Source of the DNA: Archaeoglobus fulgidus DSM 4304
GTDB taxonomy: Archaea > Halobacteriota > Archaeoglobi > Archaeoglobales > Archaeoglobaceae
Length of the DNA stretch: 32,000 bases
Reading direction: 5' to 3'
NCBI RefSeq assembly: GCF_000008665.1
Contig: NC_000917.1
Span: forward strand, 1,860,001-1,892,000
Shown here: piece after piece, positions 26,211 through 32,000 of the stretch
How the letters are laid out: each line of letters opens with the position of its first letter
Numbering within the stretch: the first letter of the stretch is position 1
Position numbers and translations under genes: made by a program
Notes under the pieces: generated by a model
What the model saw: the letters and a program-made list of their open reading frames with translations, nothing else
What the model was told of the DNA's origin: nothing
The model's database searches: none

Positions 26211-27372
26211 TCTCTGCACCGACAATCTTCCTTACAATCTCTCTGTACACGACATGCGGCGGAATGTTCAGCTCATCCGCTATCACCGCAATGTCATCGA
26301 ACTCCGGCTTGAGATGTCTGAATCCCGGGTAGGACCTTTTCACCCTCACATCAAACTCCTTGCCGCTAATCTCAACCTTCACTACCTCCTCCATCCTTTC
26401 CGAAATCAACCTGTGGTGAACGGGTATTATTCTTATCCCAAGGCTACCGGTGAGCCTCATGACCTCCGCAGCAACCTCCTCTGACCTGTGCGTAGGAGAG
26501 ATGACCTTTAAAATGCTTGCAGGTCTCATTTTCTTGCCGTAAGCTGGGATTATCACAGCATCGAGCACGTCATCTCTTTCGAGCAGCTTCTTCATCGCGT
26601 AGCCAATCATCTCCCCGCTCAAATCGTCCACACTTGTCTCGATAACTACAATGCTGTCGTGAAAGGCAGTTTCACCGAGAATCAATCTCAGCACGTTTGG
26701 CACGTCAGTCTCCCTCTTTCCGGCGCCGTAAGAAACCTCCTTTACCCTGATGGGGAAGGGCTTGAGCGGTTTGCAGTAGTGGGAGAGGATTGCCGCGCCG
26801 GTAGGAGTCAAAAGCTCCCCCTCACCATCCATCACCACCTCCAGATTTGAGCTCTTGAGTATTTCAAGCACAGCCGGAGGAGGAACGGGATACTTCCCGT
26901 GGGAAAACTCGACGAATCCTGACCCCGCCCTAACCGGTGTGGCAAAGAATTCGTATCCAGCAGTCTTTAAATTTTCAAAAGCCTTTACACAGCAAACCAC
27001 ATCAAAAATTGCGTCATCAGCCCCAACCTCATGAAAAACACCTTCTCTGTAGTCTCTTCCGTGCACCTTTCCTTCAGCTCTGGCAATTAGCTCGAAAACT
27101 GCGATGGCATTTTTCTTCACTCCCTCCTCCAAATTTGAGCTCCTTATAATTTCCAAAACCTCCTTAAAGCTCCTCTCTCCATCTCTCTCTTCAACCTCAA
27201 CCCTCCTCGCGCTTATCCCCCTAACACTGACGGTAGTCATACTGTAATTCACATCAATACCGAGAGCCTTCACAACTTCATCTATTTCCTCCTCACTAAT
27301 ACCAACGCCGAGCAGTGATGCGAGAATCATGTCCCCGCTCGCCCCGTTGAAGGCATCGAATATTGCAACCTT
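26188..27372 (-). CDS. larC: LarC/UPF0272 nickel-pincer cofactor biosynthesis family protein
   Basis: MKVAIFDAFNGASGDMILASLLGVGI...EVGADDAIFDVVCCVKAFENL...GELLTPTGAAIL matches LarC. Confidence 0.9.
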   Translation of the reverse strand, partial: KVAIFDAFNGASGDMILASLLGVGISEEEIDEVVKALGIDVNYSMTTVSVRGISARRVEVEERDGERSFKEVLEIIRSSNLEEGVKKNAIAVFELIARAEGKVHGRDYREGVFHEVGADDAIFDVVCCVKAFENLKTAGYEFFATPVRAGSGFVEFSHGKYPVPPPAVLEILKSSNLEVVMDGEGELLTPTGAAILSHYCKPLKPFPIRVKEVSYGAGKRETDVPNVLRLILGETAFHDSIVVIETSVDDLSGEMIGYAMKKLLERDDVLDAVIIPAYGKKMRPASILKVISPTHRSEEVAAEVMRLTGSLGIRIIPVHHRLISERMEEVVKVEISGKEFDVRVKRSYPGFRHLKPEFDDIAVIADELNIPPHVVYREIVRKIVGAENADSNGQ

Positions 27373-27446
27373 CATCAAATCACCACAAGCCTTTTTTATC
27401 TCTAAAATAAAAACTGTTTAGGTGTAAAAGATTGATGGGTGATAAT

Positions 27447-29870
27447 ATGGAAATCACGCTAAAGGTAAATCAGGCGTATCCGAGTGATTCAGGAAGAGGA
27501 ATAGCAAGATTGGACCCGGACACAATGTTAAAGCTTCAAATCTCCCCCGGAGACATAATAGAAATAGAGGGGGCCAGAAAGACCGTTGCAAAGGTCTGGA
27601 GAGCTCCGAAGAGGGACTGGGGGAAGAACATCATAAGGATTGACAGATTCATAAGGGAGAATGCCGGAGTTGGTGTTGGGGATGTCGTCAAGGTTAGGAA
27701 GGTTGAGTACCAGCCCGCAAAAACCGTAATCCTCGCCCCCCTCAAGAAGATGGATTTGAGGATTTACGGAGTCGATATTGGGGAGTATCTCAAGCACCAG
27801 TTTCTGAAAAGACCGGTTGTTGAAGGAGATTTAGTCCCTCTCGTTGGCTCTCCGGCCCTTTCGGGATTTGGAAGGTACAACCAGCAGAACCAAGCTGTGG
27901 TTTTCGTTGCAGTCAAGACCGAGCCCAAGGGCCCTGTGGTCATCGACGAGACAACCAAGGTCGTTTACAGGGACAGACCGGCAAAGGGCTTCGAGAGGTT
28001 CGGAAAGGCCGGAATCACTTACGAAGACATAGGAGGTTTAAAAGAGGAGCTTCAGAAGGTAAGAGAGGTCATAGAGCTGCCTTTAAGGTATCCGGAGCTC
28101 TTCCAGAGGCTCGGAATCGAGCCGCCGAAGGGTGTGCTGCTCTACGGTCCGCCGGGAACTGGAAAAACGTTGATTGCCAAAGCTGTGGCGAACGAGATCG
28201 GGGCCAGCTTCTTCACCATCAACGGTCCGGAAATCATGAGCAAGTTCTATGGAGAAAGCGAGCAAAGGCTGAGGGAGATTTTTGAAGAGGCGAAGGAGAA
28301 CGCTCCGTCGATAATCTTCATAGACGAAATCGACTCAATCGCTCCTAAGAGAGAAGAGGTCACCGGAGAAGTTGAGAGAAGAGTCGTCGCTCAGCTTCTG
28401 ACTCTGATGGACGGGCTTGAGGAGAGAGGGCAGGTTATAGTCATCGGCGCAACGAACAGAATTGACGCTGTCGATCCAGCGTTGAGAAGGCCGGGAAGGT
28501 TCGACAGGGAGATTGAGATCGGAGTGCCGGACAGAGAGGGCAGATACGAGATATTCCAGATACACACGAGGAACATGCCACTGGAGGCTAAGTACAGCAG
28601 AGAGTTCGTCCTCGATGCGATTGAGAGATTCAAGAGGCAGGTTGACGACCCTGAGCTGATAAAGAATCTCGATTTCCTCTACGACGAGATAAAGAACTCA
28701 GAGACGGAGGAGGAAGTGAAAGGAGCTGTGAAAAATCTCCTCCCGCAGGAAGTAATCGACGAGCTTGAAGTTGAGATAACTAAGGCGATGCTCCGCAGCC
28801 TTGCTGATCAAACCCACGGATTTGTTGGGGCAGACATAGAGGCTCTCTGCAAGGAGGCTGCAATGAAGGCTCTTAGGAGGTACCTGCCGCAGATTGACCT
28901 CAACGAGGACGAGATTCCGATAGAGCTGCTCGAATCGATCAGAGTGACATGGGACGACTTCATGGATGCTCTCAGAGAAATTGAGCCCTCTGCGATGAGG
29001 GAAGTTTTCGTTGAGATACCCAAGGTCACCTGGAACGACGTTGGAGGGCTTGAGGACGTTAAGAGGGAGATAATTGAGGCTGTGGAGTGGCCGCTGAAGT
29101 ACCCTGAGAAGTTCAAGAAGTTCGGAATTAAGCCGCCGAAAGGTGTGCTGCTCTACGGTCCGCCGGGAACTGGTAAAACGCTGATTGCCAAAGCTGTTGC
29201 CAACGAAAGTGAGGCGAACTTCATAAGCATCAAGGGAGGGCAGATTCTAAGCAAGTGGCTCGGAGAGAGTGAGAAGGCTGTGAGGAAGATATTCAGGAAG
29301 GCGAGGCAGGTTGCACCCTGTATAATCTTCTTCGACGAAATCGATGCAATAGCCCAAATGAGAGGCATAGACGAAGGAAGTAGAGCAGTTGAGAGGGTGC
29401 TCAACCAGCTTCTGACTGAGATGGACGGTCTCGAGGAGTTGCACGGAGTTGTAGTTATTGGCGCAACCAACCGCCCGGACATTCTCGACCCCGCATTGCT
29501 CAGGCCGGGCAGATTCGACAGAATGGTTTACGTCCGCCCACCGGACAAAAAGAGCAGACTGGCAATATTCAAGATTCACACGAGGGACATGCCCCTCTCC
29601 GAAGACGTTGACCTCGAGGAGCTTGCTGATTTGACCGAAGGGTACGTTGGAGCGGACATCGAGGCGATTTGCAGAGAGGCTGTGATGCTGGCAATCAGGG
29701 AAAACATCAACGCGGAGAAGGTGGAGATGAGGCACTTCCTTGAGGCTCTGAAGAAGATAAAGCCGAGCGTCAACGAGGCCATGCTGAACTTCTACGAGAG
29801 ATTCGAGGAGAAAATGAGGACCGAGAGAATGCAGGTTGCAGCAACAAAGCCCTTCATGGGCTACGGTTAA
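27447..29870 (+). CDS. cdc48: CDC48/VAT-type AAA+ ATPase (two AAA domains)
   Basis: N-domain [17 protein letters not shown]; two [22 protein letters not shown] Walker A motifs; [15 protein letters not shown] and [13 protein letters not shown] Walker B motifs. Confidence 0.97.
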   Translation: MEITLKVNQAYPSDSGRGIARLDPDTMLKLQISPGDIIEIEGARKTVAKVWRAPKRDWGKNIIRIDRFIRENAGVGVGDVVKVRKVEYQPAKTVILAPLKKMDLRIYGVDIGEYLKHQFLKRPVVEGDLVPLVGSPALSGFGRYNQQNQAVVFVAVKTEPKGPVVIDETTKVVYRDRPAKGFERFGKAGITYEDIGGLKEELQKVREVIELPLRYPELFQRLGIEPPKGVLLYGPPGTGKTLIAKAVANEIGASFFTINGPEIMSKFYGESEQRLREIFEEAKENAPSIIFIDEIDSIAPKREEVTGEVERRVVAQLLTLMDGLEERGQVIVIGATNRIDAVDPALRRPGRFDREIEIGVPDREGRYEIFQIHTRNMPLEAKYSREFVLDAIERFKRQVDDPELIKNLDFLYDEIKNSETEEEVKGAVKNLLPQEVIDELEVEITKAMLRSLADQTHGFVGADIEALCKEAAMKALRRYLPQIDLNEDEIPIELLESIRVTWDDFMDALREIEPSAMREVFVEIPKVTWNDVGGLEDVKREIIEAVEWPLKYPEKFKKFGIKPPKGVLLYGPPGTGKTLIAKAVANESEANFISIKGGQILSKWLGESEKAVRKIFRKARQVAPCIIFFDEIDAIAQMRGIDEGSRAVERVLNQLLTEMDGLEELHGVVVIGATNRPDILDPALLRPGRFDRMVYVRPPDKKSRLAIFKIHTRDMPLSEDVDLEELADLTEGYVGADIEAICREAVMLAIRENINAEKVEMRHFLEALKKIKPSVNEAMLNFYERFEEKMRTERMQVAATKPFMGYG
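28121..28195 (+). repeat. Near-identical 75-bp segment covering the D1 Walker A region
   Basis: 70/75 identical by hand count to 29132..29206. Confidence 0.85.
29132..29206 (+). repeat. Near-identical 75-bp segment covering the D2 Walker A region
   Basis: See 28121..28195. Confidence 0.85.
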
Positions 29871-30976
29871 GCAATTCTGAATTTTTTCATTTTCTCCTCA
29901 TCAGGCTCAAAGCCGAGGCCGGGTTGCTCAGGAAGCTTTGCATAGCCTTTCTCCAGCTCAACCTCACCATTAAGCACACCAAACATCACTTCGTTCCACC
30001 AGAGGGGGTCGAGCGGTGTTTCGATGTAGGGACATAGCTTCTCCGGAAGGGAAGCGGCGAGGTGCAGGTTAGCGAGCCATCCCAGTCCCGGGTCCCACGC
30101 ATGGGGCATAAACTTGAGGTTGAAGGCCTCAGCAAGAGCGGCGACCTTTCTGCACTCTTGTATTCCGTTCGAATAAACCGCATCTGCCTGAACGATGTCA
30201 AAAGCTCCCCCTTCAATGAGCATTCTGAACCTCTGGATGCCATGCTCCAGCTCTCCTCCAGAAATCTCAATGCTGGTGTTTTCCCTGAGCCACCTGTATC
30301 CCTCTACGTCATCCTTCCAGAGCGGCTCCTCAAGCCAGAGAACTTCAAAGTTTTCAAGCTCCTTGGCAACCTTCATTGCTTTTTTCCTGCTCCAGTAGGG
30401 TGGTGTGTAGCTCCAAGCCTGATTTGCATCAACTGAAATCTTAACATCGGAAAACTCCCTCGCTACGGCTTTCAGCACCTCCAGGTCCTCATTGATCCTT
30501 TCTCTCCTGAACCTCAGCTTCACCACATCTATTCCGAGCTCGGCGTACTTTTCAACCATTTTCACGGTTTCTTCTGCTGAAAGCAACCTGCCTGTGCTTG
30601 CGTAAACCTTGACTTTCCTTCTACCACCACCGAGCAGCCTGTAAAGCGGCAAACCTTCCCTTTTAGCAATCAGGTCCCATATGGCAACCTCCAGTGCTCC
30701 AAGCCTCTGAATCGCCCAGCTGCCCACCTCAAGCAGCCTTGCATCAACGTCTTCAATTTCAATGTCTAAGCCTTGAATCGTAAGCTTGACCGTCGTTTCG
30801 AGAAAGTGCTTGTAGGCTGCACCAAACTCAATCGCAGAGTATCCCTTGAATCCACCCGCCTCAACCTCTACTATGCTGAAAACGTAAACGGGATGTGGGA
30901 AAGGCTCCCACGAAAACTGGATTGGTTCGCGAAGTGGAATTGCAAGAGTGTGAACCTTCAAATCGCCCAGTTTCAT
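29867..30976 (-). CDS. Enolase-superfamily (mandelate racemase/muconate-lactonizing-like) protein
   Basis: [57 protein letters not shown], metal ligand pattern of the superfamily; start assigned at [15 protein letters not shown]. Confidence 0.85.
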   Translation of the reverse strand: MKLGDLKVHTLAIPLREPIQFSWEPFPHPVYVFSIVEVEAGGFKGYSAIEFGAAYKHFLETTVKLTIQGLDIEIEDVDARLLEVGSWAIQRLGALEVAIWDLIAKREGLPLYRLLGGGRRKVKVYASTGRLLSAEETVKMVEKYAELGIDVVKLRFRRERINEDLEVLKAVAREFSDVKISVDANQAWSYTPPYWSRKKAMKVAKELENFEVLWLEEPLWKDDVEGYRWLRENTSIEISGGELEHGIQRFRMLIEGGAFDIVQADAVYSNGIQECRKVAALAEAFNLKFMPHAWDPGLGWLANLHLAASLPEKLCPYIETPLDPLWWNEVMFGVLNGEVELEKGYAKLPEQPGLGFEPDEEKMKKFRIA

Positions 30977-31100
30977 GCTCCTTTTCCTCAGCACGATTAT
31001 TTATTCTTTTTGATTAATCGTATTCGATGGGTTTTAAACTCTTGCAGCCTGACAAAATCAACCTTAGCAAACTTTTTAAAATTATAATCATAAATCGAGT

Positions 31101-32000
31101 ATGGCGCAGATTTCTGGAGGAGAGTTGCTTGTGAGGTGTTTGATAAAGGAGAATGTCAGGTACATCTTTGGAGTTCCGGGAGGGCAGCTTCTCACCTTCC
31201 TCGATGCGATAAAAAGGGTTGGGGAGAAGCACGGAATGAAGTTCGTAAACTGCAGGCACGAACAGGCTGCGGCGAGCATGGCAGATGCTTACGCAAGAGT
31301 TAGCGGTGAGATTGGGGTTTGCGTTGGCACGATAGGCCCGGGTGGGGCTGATTTGGTTCCGGGAGTTTATCCTGCCTTTGCGGACAGCGTTCCCATGCTC
31401 GTAATCACAGCTCAAAACCAGACGTGGAAGAGCTACCCTGACCACGGCTCAATGCAGGCTTTAGACCAGTACCACCTCTTCAAGCCAATAACGAAGTGGA
31501 ATGCGGTGGTTTCACACTGGGAGAGGATTCCAGAACTCGTTCAGAGGGCCATAAGAATTGCCCTTTCGGGCAGGCCGGGGCCTGTGCACCTTGATTTCCC
31601 ATCTGACGTGCTCTACAACGGTCAGGAGGAGAGCTTTGCGAAGGTTTACGGGCCTGAGCGCTACAGACCGATGAAGCCCCCTGTGGGGCATCCTGAGCTG
31701 GTGGAGAAGGCTGCTGAAATGCTCTACAACGCTGAGAGACCGCTCATTCACGCAGGGACAGGGGTTCTGAGGGCTAAGGCTTGGAATGAGCTTAGAGAGC
31801 TTGCCGAGTATCTTGGAGCTGTTGTAACAACCACAATGGGCGGGAGGGGAGCAATTCCGGAAGACCACCCGCTCTGCATCCTCCCTGCAAGTCCGGCAGC
31901 AATCACAGCCCAGAACGAGGCTGATGTTATTCTGGTTGTTGGAAGCAAGATGGGCGACTTGGATTTCTGGGGAAAGCCACCAGCATGGGGTGACCCTGAG
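31101..32000 (+). CDS. ThDP-dependent enzyme, acetolactate synthase large subunit-like (3' end outside window)
   Basis: Manual translation MAQISGGELLVRCLIKENVRYIFGVPGGQLLTFLDAI...CRHEQAAASMADAYARVSGEIGVCVGTIGPGGADLVPGVYPAFADSVPMLVITAQN; open to window end. Confidence 0.88.
   Translation, partial: MAQISGGELLVRCLIKENVRYIFGVPGGQLLTFLDAIKRVGEKHGMKFVNCRHEQAAASMADAYARVSGEIGVCVGTIGPGGADLVPGVYPAFADSVPMLVITAQNQTWKSYPDHGSMQALDQYHLFKPITKWNAVVSHWERIPELVQRAIRIALSGRPGPVHLDFPSDVLYNGQEESFAKVYGPERYRPMKPPVGHPELVEKAAEMLYNAERPLIHAGTGVLRAKAWNELRELAEYLGAVVTTTMGGRGAIPEDHPLCILPASPAAITAQNEADVILVVGSKMGDLDFWGKPPAWGDPE

Noticed and set aside
28808-29782. Several minus-strand ORFs opposite cdc48
   Set aside because: Mirror ORFs caused by the GAG/CTC-rich codon use of the AAA+ gene.

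Overview
This window looks like Archaeoglobus fulgidus or a close relative (inferred from protein content: Ftr, beta-RFAP synthase, leaderless archaeal promoters, IS type). The + strand's left edge holds a minus-strand ribosomal/translation cluster (eIF6-L31e-L39e-PDCD5-S19e-YhbY/CRM). It is followed by argC, a DUF167 gene, ftr, and thiE-thiM. A minus-strand accessory array (about 5.66-10.64 kb) contains small winged-helix regulator(s), three or four secreted DUF1102-like proteins, a dedicated archaeal-type signal peptidase with a long C-terminal extension, and a DUF5305-like membrane protein; it resembles a SipW/TasA-type fibre export system. A coupled run follows: beta-RFAP synthase, Nop5, fibrillarin, OadG, biotin carrier, OadB. 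A giant plus-strand surface-protein gene (14992..23886) is split by an IS. From the sequence I find 15/17-matching terminal inverted repeats, a 10-bp target duplication (CCTGTTAGCA) and an element of exactly 1214 bp (20750..21963). Removing the IS plus one duplication (1224 bp) restores a single 2556-aa ORF. The IS also carries a divergent 52-aa AbrB-like/DUF2080 gene. The right side holds tRNA-Ala(GGC), pth2, radB, larC, cdc48, an enolase-superfamily gene and a truncated ThDP-dependent (acetolactate synthase-like) gene. No CRISPR array or rRNA was seen.
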